IMG/VR virus record: IMGVR_UViG_3300038345_000144
Length of the DNA stretch: 64,000 nucleotides
Strand: one strand, 5' to 3'
Origin: a virus
Taxonomy: Duplodnaviria > Caudoviricetes
Shown one piece after another: positions 18,697-27,876 of this stretch. A model generated the notes under the pieces. The model worked only from the letters and a program-made list of their open reading frames with translations, had not been told where the DNA came from and made no database searches. The position numbers and the translations under genes are program-made. Positions within the stretch are counted from its first letter, which is position 1, and every line of letters begins with the position of its first letter.

Positions 18697-18933
18697 TCAG
18701 TTATTAAGTGCTTCCCACTGTGCAAGCATTTCTGCTCTCCTGCCTTCAGGATAATCTGAAGTACCATAATACAGTTCTCCGTCTGCATCACGGTTCTCGT
18801 CTACTGTGGTCTCTACGGATGTTTCATATACATTAGCAGAAACCTCATTACCCTTAATAACAGTACAACCTAATACAGCACTTAAACCCAAAATAGCGGT
18901 AAGGATTGCTACTGGAATTATAACCTTCTTCAT
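18697..18933 (-). CDS. small secreted or lipoprotein-like protein
   Basis: MKK + hydrophobic stretch ending VLGC. Confidence 0.6.
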   Translation of the reverse strand: MKKVIIPVAILTAILGLSAVLGCTVIKGNEVSANVYETSVETTVDENRDADGELYYGTSDYPEGRRAEMLAQWEALNN

Positions 18934-18998
18934 TGTATTTTCCTCTCTCAACAAACGCCTTATTTTATTATGTTTCTCTCACTTGCGAATGTAAGCAA

Positions 18999-19027
18999 AT
19001 CATAGCAAATTTTTATGGCGATGTAAA
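18999..19027 (-). promoter_or_regulatory. sigma-A promoter
   Basis: TTTACA-17-TATGAT, TG extension. Confidence 0.6.
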
Positions 19028-19112
19028 GCGAAAAATGGGCTTTTTTGCAAAATGTAATATTACATTTTCAAGACCTTAAAACCCAGTAAAATCAAGGGGT
19101 TTAGGCATAGTA

Positions 19113-19160
19113 ATACCCCCACGGAGAAAGCGAGACAAAAGGAAAAAACCGTGGGGGTAT
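19113..19160 (-). other. 12-bp stem hairpin whose loop is antisense to the AAA gene's own 5' UTR
   Basis: ATACCCCCACGG/CCGTGGGGGTAT arms; loop complementary to 20214-20240 leader. Confidence 0.5.
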
Positions 19161-19193
19161 CGAGATATATTTTATTGGAATAAAACGCTTACT

Positions 19194-20204
19194 TTAGATA
19201 CAAGCCTCGAAGAGGTCTTCGGGTGAAAGTTCGAACTTCTTAATGCAATCACATCTGTCTACGAGAGGACCAGGAAGAGGGCATACACCAAAGTCTTCAA
19301 GATAAAGGTTCATTGTACCGATAATCTTAAAACCTTCCTTGATGTGAATACGCTGACCCATAAAGTCAATGTAGTCCTTATTGTCGAGAATACCCTGCAA
19401 GAAACGAACTGTATCGAACGGAAGGAGGTTAATCTCGTCGAAAAGGATAGGCTTGCCAAGTTCCATAGCCGTCCAGAGAGCAGACTTACCGAACTTCGGC
19501 TGACCCTGTTCAAAGTCAAAATCTCTAAAGAGGTCAACAGGGAGCATACTTGAGTTGCATACGATAGTGTTCTCTGTAAGGGACTTACCAAGAGTGGTCT
19601 TACCTGTACCAGCGTCACCATAGTAAACTGTGAGACGCTTGTTAATGCGTGTGGAAGGCTTTGTAATGCCTGCCTGTGCAAACTTTGTTACAATCTGCTG
19701 AAGTTCAGGAGACTCTACGAGGGAGCAAATCTTACCGAAATCGGGGCTGTTCTTAACCTCAAAGTAGTTCCTGATAAATGCCGCCTTATTATCTGACCAC
19801 AGGAATGTGTTAATCATACGATAAGAAGGCTTATAACTTGTTTCCTTGAAGAAGTCAACAAACGCTCTTGATGCTTCAACGCCAAGCGTTCTATTGATGT
19901 TCTTAATAACAGAACCTACTGTAACCTGCTCAACAGCCTTATCAATAGGGTATCTCTCATCAAGTTCGGCTCCTGACAGACCAAGAAGCAGGAAGTTTGA
20001 GTTCAGATTGCTCTTTACTGCTTCGAGGGTTAAAGTCTTGCTATTAACCTTCTTTACGAGGTCATAGGTTGCCTTTACTGCGGCATACTCCATATCTGTA
20101 CTTACAAACTTTGTAACCTTGTCCTTATCAATAAGGTTGGTCTCATAAGAACCGTCTGTGTTCTTGATGATGTAATATGTGGGGTTAATTGTTACCTTTG
20201 CCAT
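19194..20204 (-). CDS. MoxR/CobS-like AAA+ ATPase
   Basis: GDAGTGKT, LFDEINL, IIGTMN, PLVDR; partner of VWA gene. Confidence 0.85.
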   Translation of the reverse strand: MAKVTINPTYYIIKNTDGSYETNLIDKDKVTKFVSTDMEYAAVKATYDLVKKVNSKTLTLEAVKSNLNSNFLLLGLSGAELDERYPIDKAVEQVTVGSVIKNINRTLGVEASRAFVDFFKETSYKPSYRMINTFLWSDNKAAFIRNYFEVKNSPDFGKICSLVESPELQQIVTKFAQAGITKPSTRINKRLTVYYGDAGTGKTTLGKSLTENTIVCNSSMLPVDLFRDFDFEQGQPKFGKSALWTAMELGKPILFDEINLLPFDTVRFLQGILDNKDYIDFMGQRIHIKEGFKIIGTMNLYLEDFGVCPLPGPLVDRCDCIKKFELSPEDLFEACI

Positions 20205-20261
20205 TGTCTTAATCTCCTTTGTCTCAATAATTCGCTTTCTGTCATTTCCTTTGACAGCATC

Positions 20262-20291
20262 ATATTACCACACTTTAATATCAGTTGTCAA
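20262..20291 (-). promoter_or_regulatory. sigma-A promoter
   Basis: TTGACA-18-TAATAT, TG extension. Confidence 0.6.
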
Positions 20292-20302
20292 GTGTCTGGA
20301 GC

Positions 20303-20337
20303 AAAAAATAATTAGTAGTTATGAAATAACTACTAAT
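20303..20337 (-). terminator. intrinsic terminator
   Basis: ATTAGTAGTTAT/ATAACTACTAAT stem plus T-tract. Confidence 0.55.
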
Positions 20338-20359
20338 CATTACTTCCTATAATAAGGGG

Positions 20360-21163
20360 TCAATATCGGATAATCTGGTTCTCTATAACCGAGATAACAT
20401 TCTTCGGAATATCTGCTACGGGCATACGATAAGCGATGTTAAATCTTGGGTTATAAATACCAATATACTTTACTCCACCAAATACGGCTCTGCCTGAATG
20501 TTTGCTCATTACCCATTCAGACGCTACCAAAAGGGTATGCTTTGGGTTCGGAGGGTTATAAGATACTCTAAAGTCCCAAATAGTATCTTCGGTCAGATAG
20601 GCACAATCACCATCATTTATAGAAGGAGAATACCCGCCAAAGTTCTCTTTGATTTCTAACCATTCTTTAGGGTTGGACATATCGGCAGGGGTAAACTTGA
20701 TGTTTCTTTTCAATTCGCCGTTCTTCTTGAAGAAAACAACACTACGATTGATGAGGTGCATCAGATTGATGATTGTTGCCCTCTCTAAATGGACCTTGTA
20801 ATAAGGCACAAAGTTAAAGGCATTTGTGTCTTCCTGCTCGAATGTGATTAACTTAACGGCGTTTACAATAGACTCGTCATCCAGTCCTTTGATATTCTCA
20901 AAACATACCTTTGCGACGGCTTCAGCGTCAGGTGTCTGCTGGTGAGGTGCATTTGTCATAGCCTTCAAGAATGAGGTCATCTTCTCTCTGCCTAACAGAA
21001 AGTCCGTCATACAGACTACTGTTCTATCTACGAGAAATGCAGGAATATTCTCTTTTCTGCACAAACTACCTATGAGTTTTTGTGGCATAGGTTCAAAAGT
21101 GGTCACAGGAAGATAACCACCCTTCGGTTGCTTAAATACTTTTATCTTATCTTCTATCGTCAT
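20360..21163 (-). CDS. PD-(D/E)XK nuclease-like protein, possibly inactive
   Basis: GDCAYLTEDTIWDFRVS...HTLL...GIYNPR pattern. Confidence 0.4.
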   Translation of the reverse strand: MTIEDKIKVFKQPKGGYLPVTTFEPMPQKLIGSLCRKENIPAFLVDRTVVCMTDFLLGREKMTSFLKAMTNAPHQQTPDAEAVAKVCFENIKGLDDESIVNAVKLITFEQEDTNAFNFVPYYKVHLERATIINLMHLINRSVVFFKKNGELKRNIKFTPADMSNPKEWLEIKENFGGYSPSINDGDCAYLTEDTIWDFRVSYNPPNPKHTLLVASEWVMSKHSGRAVFGGVKYIGIYNPRFNIAYRMPVADIPKNVISVIENQIIRY

Positions 21164-21294
21164 ATATCTTTACATAGTAGCAAGCGTGAAAATGATAAAG
21201 CCTACTACAATTACTCCAATAACTATTTTCAGTATCATAAAAAAGAACCCCAGTTTATTCAATACATAAGTAAAACCTATATGTTCTACCTTTT

Positions 21295-21323
21295 ACTGTA
21301 TCAGTAAACTGGGGATTTGTAAA
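21295..21323 (-). promoter_or_regulatory. sigma-A promoter nested in terminator-like hairpin
   Basis: TTTACA-17-TACAGT; arms 21248-21257/21305-21314 plus T-tract. Confidence 0.55.
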
Positions 21324-21340
21324 GGGTTTATCGAGTTGAT

Positions 21341-21844
21341 TTATTTTTCAAGACGGCGAATATAGTACCATTTCGGGTTCTCGATATACAAAATAGGCTC
21401 TCCGTCTTCGTTGAAGTCGCTTGCTGGGCATAAGAAGTCAATCATACGATAGCCCTTGCCCTTCTCATCTTCAACTATGCTGTGGACTTTACCATAACAC
21501 TCGCCATCCGAGTCAAAGATAATATCTCCTACCTGAATGTCTCCGAGGGCTTCCTGCTGTTCGTCCTCGTACTTCTTTATGGCTTCAAATACCTTGTCAT
21601 CCATAGCATCTATAATTGAAACAATGGTATCTACTGCTTCTAAAGACACCCTCTCACGGAAGTTTTCTACCAATCCGTCAGCAATTTCAGAAGCAATATT
21701 ACATAGTGTTTTAGAGCCTCTGTAATTGTCTAACACATCAGGGTCGGAGGTCATCATATTGGCTCCCCACCACATACCGTCAATAAAGATTTTGTCTTTC
21801 TCGCTTAAATACCTGTAATTATAGATGTCCGTATCAAAATACAT
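21341..21844 (-). CDS. hypothetical protein
   Basis: 167-aa ORF, RBS. Confidence 0.7.
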   Translation of the reverse strand: MYFDTDIYNYRYLSEKDKIFIDGMWWGANMMTSDPDVLDNYRGSKTLCNIASEIADGLVENFRERVSLEAVDTIVSIIDAMDDKVFEAIKKYEDEQQEALGDIQVGDIIFDSDGECYGKVHSIVEDEKGKGYRMIDFLCPASDFNEDGEPILYIENPKWYYIRRLEK

Positions 21845-21868
21845 TGGTATATTCTCCTTTATGCTTTA

Positions 21869-23029
21869 TTAAGTCGCTTGACTTTCTTCTTGTTCTTCTG
21901 TAACAACTGTTGTCTTCTCAAACGGGTTACTTGTAAGGAGTTTAGGGTCATAGATAGATACAATTCTGATAATACCGTTTCTACCCTTTCTATCCATAAA
22001 GAAGCAACAACCTTTCGGAAGTTTTGTTACTGATGACTCAATGGAGTCAAGGTCCATACCATATGCCGAGTCTTTATCGACGAATTTCTCCAAGAACAAA
22101 TGGGCTTCTTCAGCCGAAGACTTAAACATAAATTTAGAGGTGATATAGTTGGCAATACCATCAGGGAAGTGTGAAATACCCTGTGAAGCCAATACAGTTG
22201 CACAGTTAAGTGAACGACCAAGTGTTAAGAACTTGTCGATGACTCCCGCCATCTGCGGGTTACTGAACAATAAGTGAGCCTCATCACAGAAGAGTGTAGT
22301 AGGCACACGGCTCTCCAACTGTAAGATTTCAAGCAGTTTGCTGGTAACAATATAGATAATTGCAGAAGTCAAACGCTCGTTAGCGTCATAGGCTTCAGGC
22401 TTCTTATTGTAGTCAGGCATAGGGAGACCAAACAAGGTGATAACCATTGACTCTGTTTGTGATAACTGCATAGGCTTTGCTTCGCTTCTTGAACACAATA
22501 ACTTGTAGAAGTCGTTATCCTTGAACAGGTTAATCATAGAACCGACATTCTGGGCATCCAGATTATCTCTGGAGAGCAAGTAAGTAGCGACATCGTTAAG
22601 GTCGGCATAAGCATCTTCCAAACGAACCTTTTTACAGAAGTCCTGTACGATAGGTGTGATTTTGGTATATGCTTTCGGGTCTAACTTACCAGTACCAACC
22701 AAGATTTCTATGATAGTCATAATGGTTGCGGCATCAACATACTGTACCGTACCGTCAGGGTTAGTCTTCTTTAAGAACTCAAACGGATTTAACGCTCCGT
22801 CTGCGGCGTTACGCAAGTCGATTAACTTAATATTACGGTTAACATTGTATAATCGGTTAAAGTCGTTTTTAGGGTCAAGTACAATAACTCTCTGTCCCAT
22901 TCCCAAGCAGTTCGCCGCAAAATTCATCATCGCAAAGGTCTTACCACTACCTGGACTGCCTGTAACTACTGTACCTGGTGCGTCATTACACATATGAGCC
23001 GTTGTTGGCATCCAATTGATTGTTGACAT
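21869..23029 (-). CDS. VirB4/HerA-like secretion-type ATPase
   Basis: GSPGSGKT, LDPK, LNPF, FCDEAH, LGRS, ASQ. Confidence 0.8.
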   Translation of the reverse strand: MSTINWMPTTAHMCNDAPGTVVTGSPGSGKTFAMMNFAANCLGMGQRVIVLDPKNDFNRLYNVNRNIKLIDLRNAADGALNPFEFLKKTNPDGTVQYVDAATIMTIIEILVGTGKLDPKAYTKITPIVQDFCKKVRLEDAYADLNDVATYLLSRDNLDAQNVGSMINLFKDNDFYKLLCSRSEAKPMQLSQTESMVITLFGLPMPDYNKKPEAYDANERLTSAIIYIVTSKLLEILQLESRVPTTLFCDEAHLLFSNPQMAGVIDKFLTLGRSLNCATVLASQGISHFPDGIANYITSKFMFKSSAEEAHLFLEKFVDKDSAYGMDLDSIESSVTKLPKGCCFFMDRKGRNGIIRIVSIYDPKLLTSNPFEKTTVVTEEQEESQAT

Positions 23030-23054
23030 TTATACTCACATTCCTTTCTATAAG

Positions 23055-23246
23055 TTACTTTATTTTTTCATCACAACGATAAAGAACAATCGGCAGGCTG
23101 TCGTCGTGATTTTTGCGAACTACATAGTCCACTCCAAAAATGTTGACAATGCCTGTCGAATAAGCAATTCCCCCACCTGGTTGCCCAATAACTAATGACG
23201 GTTGCTCATTTATTTTTACATTTACTGGGTTCCATTTTAGTGCCAT
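23055..23246 (-). CDS. short protein resembling the N-terminus of the adjacent ATPase
   Basis: LKWNP...PSLVIGQPGGG vs INWMP...PGTVVTGSPGSG. Confidence 0.45.
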   Translation of the reverse strand: MALKWNPVNVKINEQPSLVIGQPGGGIAYSTGIVNIFGVDYVVRKNHDDSLPIVLYRCDEKIK

Positions 23247-23298
23247 AAAGTAAATTCCTTTCAACTAAATATAATTATAACTGTTTATTTGTAAAGAC

Positions 23299-23658
23299 TC
23301 AATCAAATATTTCTCTCTGACGAGAGCCTTTATCTAAAACAGCAACTCTTAAACAATTTTCATTAAGACGCTTGGAAAGCATATTAAGAAAAGTAAAACT
23401 ATCTTCAGGAAGTTCTTTTGCTTCACCGAATTTTACTGTATCAATATTGCCGTCATCAACCTTAAAATCCCTGTGATAAAAGGCTTTATACTTATAACAA
23501 TCTTCTTCTGGTAACTCTTTTTTGTCTTGATACTCTTTGACGGTTTTATTCCAGCATTTTTCAAAAACGCCACCAACGCCACCCTCAATATAAGGACTCC
23601 AGCCGTCCATAGTTACTATGGAAACACTATATAAAACAGTTATAAATGTAGTTGCCAT
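23299..23658 (-). CDS. hypothetical protein
   Basis: ORF with GGAG RBS. Confidence 0.65.
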   Translation of the reverse strand: MATTFITVLYSVSIVTMDGWSPYIEGGVGGVFEKCWNKTVKEYQDKKELPEEDCYKYKAFYHRDFKVDDGNIDTVKFGEAKELPEDSFTFLNMLSKRLNENCLRVAVLDKGSRQREIFD

Positions 23659-23673
23659 AATATTTTCTCCTTT

Positions 23674-24048
23674 TTATTCCTCATAGTCCTCGGTAAAGGC
23701 TTCAAAAGTCTCTTTTAATTGGGCTACATTTATACCAATAATAAGAGACATATTTAGTTTTCCTGTTTCAATGTCTGCTGACTCTAATTTAATCTCTCCA
23801 CTATCAAAATCAGCATTTTCCACCAAACTAACGCCCAGTTCTGTGCCTACATCGTAGTCTCTTGGATGTTTGGACACCCAATCATATAAGGCTTTGGAAA
23901 ATTCATCATCTTCTTTGGAAATAGCCTCACAAAGACCCTCAAGGTCGTTGTCTAAAATATCTGCTAAATCTTGTTCAATCGCATCTTCAAAATCACGACC
24001 ATACATATATTTAATGTAATCAAAAAACTTGAGTTTATATTGAACCAT
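23674..24048 (-). CDS. acidic hypothetical protein
   Basis: Paralogue of 39673-40014. Confidence 0.7.
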   Translation of the reverse strand: MVQYKLKFFDYIKYMYGRDFEDAIEQDLADILDNDLEGLCEAISKEDDEFSKALYDWVSKHPRDYDVGTELGVSLVENADFDSGEIKLESADIETGKLNMSLIIGINVAQLKETFEAFTEDYEE

Positions 24049-24060
24049 AATTTATTCTCC

Positions 24061-25119
24061 TTAATCAGTCGGAAGGGCTTTTACTTTGACGCAGTGTGTT
24101 ACATCAGCGTCGCCTTCCCAGTGCTTTTCTGTTATGCTTACTTCGTTCCAGCCACTATAATAACGAGTGATGTCTTTTTCCAGTACACCGTCAAGAATAT
24201 CCTTAATCAAGACGCTGTACCAACCAGCACTCTCAATAGCCCTGTGTGAAGAATTGCTATACGACTGGTAACTCTTTTCACGGAATAATACCAACTGGTC
24301 TATATCCTGATATATACCAGTAAGTCTTTCCTTGAGGTCAGCCAAGTCTTCCTTTTTCTTTTCAGATAATTCACCCCAAGTGATGTCTTTCCACGGACGA
24401 GCCTTGATTTCCTCAAGTTCCTTTTGCTCTTTCTCCTGACGGGCTTTTTCAGCCTGTTCTTCACGGAGTTTCTGGGCGTAAAGCCTATGCTGTAAGCATA
24501 AATCACCGTACTCATCGTCAGTAATCTGCTCAATAAGGTTATACTCCATATCGAACTTCAAATACCAAGAAATATTAGATGAGCCGTAGTTAGAAATACC
24601 ATAAGTTAATGTCTTATCTGGGGATTTTGAGCAGTACAAATAGACTACTCGGATTTCTTTTTCAGCAATCTCCTGTTCGGAGTAACTGATTTCCCATTTA
24701 GGATTACCTAATTCCAGTGCTTTTAACTGGGCTTCCAGATTTTCCTTAATAACAGCCAATTTAGTGCCTTCAATCTGGAATTTTCCTGCTTTGATAGCGT
24801 CCTGAATGATATTCTTATCAAATACTTCCTGCACGGTAGTTGCTTTGATAGAGTATCTGGGAGTACCATCTCGCTTATCTTCGTATGCAGTCAGTTCACA
24901 GGAGATGATTTTATATCCTTCAGAAAAACTCTTCTTGATTTCAACCTTTTCTCCTGCGACCAACTTTGCACAGTCTTCCTCGGTTAACTCCAATTCAGAC
25001 TTCTTGAAATTCTTTTTGTACGGTGTCCAGTCAGGTATCGTCTGTAAAGATACCCTTTTTACAGTACCATTATCAGTCCATTCGTAATAAGTTCCATATT
25101 GTCCATTCTTAATAGGCAT
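24061..25119 (-). CDS. hypothetical protein
   Basis: 352 aa; N-terminal segment weakly like topoisomerase C-terminal repeat. Confidence 0.7.
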   Translation of the reverse strand: MPIKNGQYGTYYEWTDNGTVKRVSLQTIPDWTPYKKNFKKSELELTEEDCAKLVAGEKVEIKKSFSEGYKIISCELTAYEDKRDGTPRYSIKATTVQEVFDKNIIQDAIKAGKFQIEGTKLAVIKENLEAQLKALELGNPKWEISYSEQEIAEKEIRVVYLYCSKSPDKTLTYGISNYGSSNISWYLKFDMEYNLIEQITDDEYGDLCLQHRLYAQKLREEQAEKARQEKEQKELEEIKARPWKDITWGELSEKKKEDLADLKERLTGIYQDIDQLVLFREKSYQSYSNSSHRAIESAGWYSVLIKDILDGVLEKDITRYYSGWNEVSITEKHWEGDADVTHCVKVKALPTD

Positions 25120-25206
25120 TTTGAAAATCTCCTTTAACTCTAATTATTACAAATCCTCTGCTTGTCAATACTGTAATATTATAACACAATTAGCAAAAAA
25201 CTGTAA

Positions 25207-26208
25207 TTACTCGTACATCTTTAAGTACCACTTGTGGTTGTTCAAATCACCAACTGCTCTTGGGATATTTCTGTTCTCAATAGCGGAAATACCTGCATTG
25301 GAGAGTTTGATATACATATCGAAAGGTGCGTCAATATAAACTCTGTGCAAACTTCTGCAACGGAACTGAACAGCACACTTGTCATTATCAGCCCAAGTAA
25401 TCTGCTGGATTTCGATTTCCTCAAGAACCTCTGGGTGCTTGTCTCTCAAACTCTTCTCAACAATAGCAATCTGCTCCTGCTCTGGCTTGCCTTTGATACT
25501 ATCAAAGTTGTTACGGTCAACATAAGTGTAGATACCGCAGTAGTTATACTTGAGGTACTCTTCTACTCTGTTTTCCTCGATGATGTCCTCAATCTTGTGG
25601 ACTAAAGCAATATTACCAGTAACATTGAATGAAGACTGCTCCATAAGTCTCAAATCACCCTTATCGTTAAAACGGTCAAACTGGGCATTGTACTTGGTGA
25701 TTTCTTCTACTAACTTCTGGTTGACAATCCTCATATCAACGCCAATGTAGAATACGCCATTGTGACCAACATACCAGTCAGTAACCTCGCCGTCAGGGAG
25801 CAAGTTAATCAATTTTGCTGAAACAACCTGCATATTGTCTCTGGTGTTAATGATAACGATTTTACCATTATCTCTACTAATCAGACCAGAAAACATAACT
25901 CTCCAGTCGTCAAAACGGCTATTACCACCGCCACCTTCCTGAATTTCGAGTGTAATCTCGCCATTCTCAAAAGTAACCTTGTTGATTGCTGTGTTAAAGC
26001 AGTCCATACGACAGTTGTAGAGCAAGTCCTTGAAAGACCTATAATCCTCAAAGACATCATACTCCCTCTCACTCTTTGTATCACAAATTGTACGCTCTAA
26101 ATCCAAGATACTCTGGTGAAGCGGGGTGTCATTGTTGATTTTGATGTTAATGTCATTACCACGCTCTTTAGTGTCGTACAACTGGATAAATTCTCCTAAA
26201 TTAAGCAT
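25207..26208 (-). CDS. hypothetical protein
   Basis: 333-aa ORF, RBS. Confidence 0.7.
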   Translation of the reverse strand: MLNLGEFIQLYDTKERGNDINIKINNDTPLHQSILDLERTICDTKSEREYDVFEDYRSFKDLLYNCRMDCFNTAINKVTFENGEITLEIQEGGGGNSRFDDWRVMFSGLISRDNGKIVIINTRDNMQVVSAKLINLLPDGEVTDWYVGHNGVFYIGVDMRIVNQKLVEEITKYNAQFDRFNDKGDLRLMEQSSFNVTGNIALVHKIEDIIEENRVEEYLKYNYCGIYTYVDRNNFDSIKGKPEQEQIAIVEKSLRDKHPEVLEEIEIQQITWADNDKCAVQFRCRSLHRVYIDAPFDMYIKLSNAGISAIENRNIPRAVGDLNNHKWYLKMYE

Positions 26209-26222
26209 AACTTATTCTCCTT

Positions 26223-26597
26223 TTACTCTAACTCAAACTTGTAAATGGTATTGAACTGTAACAAGCCACAAATCTTTGCAACCCAACGGTAAACATTGTT
26301 GCTGAACAAGTCATCACAACCAGCGTTCTCGGTAAGGTCGTAAGCAGGAAGGTGTATCATTTCCAATGTAACCTTTACAGTAAACGGGTCAGTAGGATAG
26401 GTCTTTGGCTGTTCTGCTACATTCAAAACAACATAGCCCATCTCATTTCCACCACCGTAAGGAATGTTGAAACGAATTTTACAACCGTTAACGCCCTCCT
26501 GAATAATAGGGTCCAAACCTGTGTCGCCTGCCAATAACGGTGCTAATCCGTCCTCATACGCCTTTGCCTTTGTCTTGTACTTAATCGGTGTTGCCAT
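26223..26597 (-). CDS. hypothetical protein
   Basis: AGGAGG RBS. Confidence 0.7.
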   Translation of the reverse strand: MATPIKYKTKAKAYEDGLAPLLAGDTGLDPIIQEGVNGCKIRFNIPYGGGNEMGYVVLNVAEQPKTYPTDPFTVKVTLEMIHLPAYDLTENAGCDDLFSNNVYRWVAKICGLLQFNTIYKFELE

Positions 26598-26636
26598 AAA
26601 AAATTTTCCTCCTTAAATGTAATTTATTTGTAATAT

Positions 26637-27044
26637 TTATTCTTCCGCAAAGTCCCTTATCGGGTCATCATCAAAATAAATACTGTAACGATGTCCATTT
26701 GAGAGATTGAACTCAAAAGGATTTTCATTATAACCGTCAGTAATCTGTCCTCTGGTCTCATTAGCCATAATATCCAATTCTTGCTGTGTGAGAGGCTCCT
26801 CGGATAAGATTTCTACATAACCCTTCTGGGTATTCTTCAAAAACCAGTTCCAACCCTTGATTTTCTTGTCCATCTCAACGGGAACTTCCTTCCAAAATCT
26901 ATCCCTGACACACTTGTGAAAACACTTGTTAATTGAGGGATTGAAATACTTGCCTGTTCTAAAAATCTCATTAACTTCGGCTACATCGTCAGCCTTCATA
27001 ACAGGACTGCTATGATACGAGTAATATGCAACATATCTATACAT
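26637..27044 (-). CDS. hypothetical protein
   Basis: GGAGG RBS before ATG 27044; GQITDG. Confidence 0.65.
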   Translation of the reverse strand: MYRYVAYYSYHSSPVMKADDVAEVNEIFRTGKYFNPSINKCFHKCVRDRFWKEVPVEMDKKIKGWNWFLKNTQKGYVEILSEEPLTQQELDIMANETRGQITDGYNENPFEFNLSNGHRYSIYFDDDPIRDFAEE

Positions 27045-27048
27045 TTTT

Positions 27049-27372
27049 TTAATCCTCCATAAGTCTGTCAATGTCAAACCATACAGGAATGACATACCTG
27101 ATAATCTTACCGCCGTCATCAACATAGGCAGTTAACTGTTCCATATCCACCGTTATATACTTCATAATGAACTCAATACCTAAACTCTTGTAGATATTGT
27201 ATATCTCAATGTCGTCATCTTCGGTCAAATCTCCATCTTCATAGAAGCAGATATATTCCTCCGAAAAAGCCTCATCAAGAGTATCTTGTACGGTGTCCAT
27301 AAAGTCCTCTGCCTTGACAAAAACCTGGTTAACAGGTAGGGCGGCGATTAAGTTGTAAGTAAATCCAGCCAT
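27049..27372 (-). CDS. acidic hypothetical protein
   Basis: ORF with RBS. Confidence 0.65.
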   Translation of the reverse strand: MAGFTYNLIAALPVNQVFVKAEDFMDTVQDTLDEAFSEEYICFYEDGDLTEDDDIEIYNIYKSLGIEFIMKYITVDMEQLTAYVDDGGKIIRYVIPVWFDIDRLMED

Positions 27373-27373
27373 A

Positions 27374-27649
27374 TCAGCCCTCCTCTAACTCTAAAGCCAT
27401 ATACTTTCTGGCATTAAACTGCTCTCCTGCTTCCTCACCAAATTCCTCTGCAATAAAGGACTTGATATGTGACATTGTGGTAGTAGTTGGAGCGTCTGTG
27501 TCCCAATGTCTATGGAGTTTTCTCTCTGGGTCAATAGACAATACCAATGTGTTATAAGAATATAACTTTCTGGTTCCGTCTGGAGTAATGTCTACAAAAG
27601 CCTTGCCATAAAAAGACTTTCTTCCATTGTGTGGTCTTAATTCGTACAT
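27374..27649 (-). CDS. phage-type hypothetical protein
   Basis: RKSFYGKA...LYSYNT...TTMSHIKSF. Confidence 0.7.
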   Translation of the reverse strand: MYELRPHNGRKSFYGKAFVDITPDGTRKLYSYNTLVLSIDPERKLHRHWDTDAPTTTTMSHIKSFIAEEFGEEAGEQFNARKYMALELEEG

Positions 27650-27660
27650 AGTAATCTCCT

Positions 27661-27876
27661 TTACTTGATGTCTTCTGCTAAATAACGCTCAACTGCCTTA
27701 CCAACATCTTCTACGCTGTCAACCTTGTAAACAATCTGGTTAGTACCACCGTCTTCACCCATAATCAAAGCAATAAACTTGCCGTCATCAGTAGGGTTGA
27801 TGCCAATATGAATTAACAATTCCTCGGAGGCTCCTGCTTCCTGCCAAACTTCTGAAATCTTTTTAGCCATAATCAT
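27661..27876 (-). CDS. hypothetical protein
   Basis: Coupled ORF. Confidence 0.6.
   Translation of the reverse strand: MIMAKKISEVWQEAGASEELLIHIGINPTDDGKFIALIMGEDGGTNQIVYKVDSVEDVGKAVERYLAEDIK

Noticed and set aside
23140-23175. GGG|IAYSTGIV as an intein start in a P-loop
   Set aside because: Lacks the P-loop Lys and a Cys/Ser/Ala/Pro1 match; too weak
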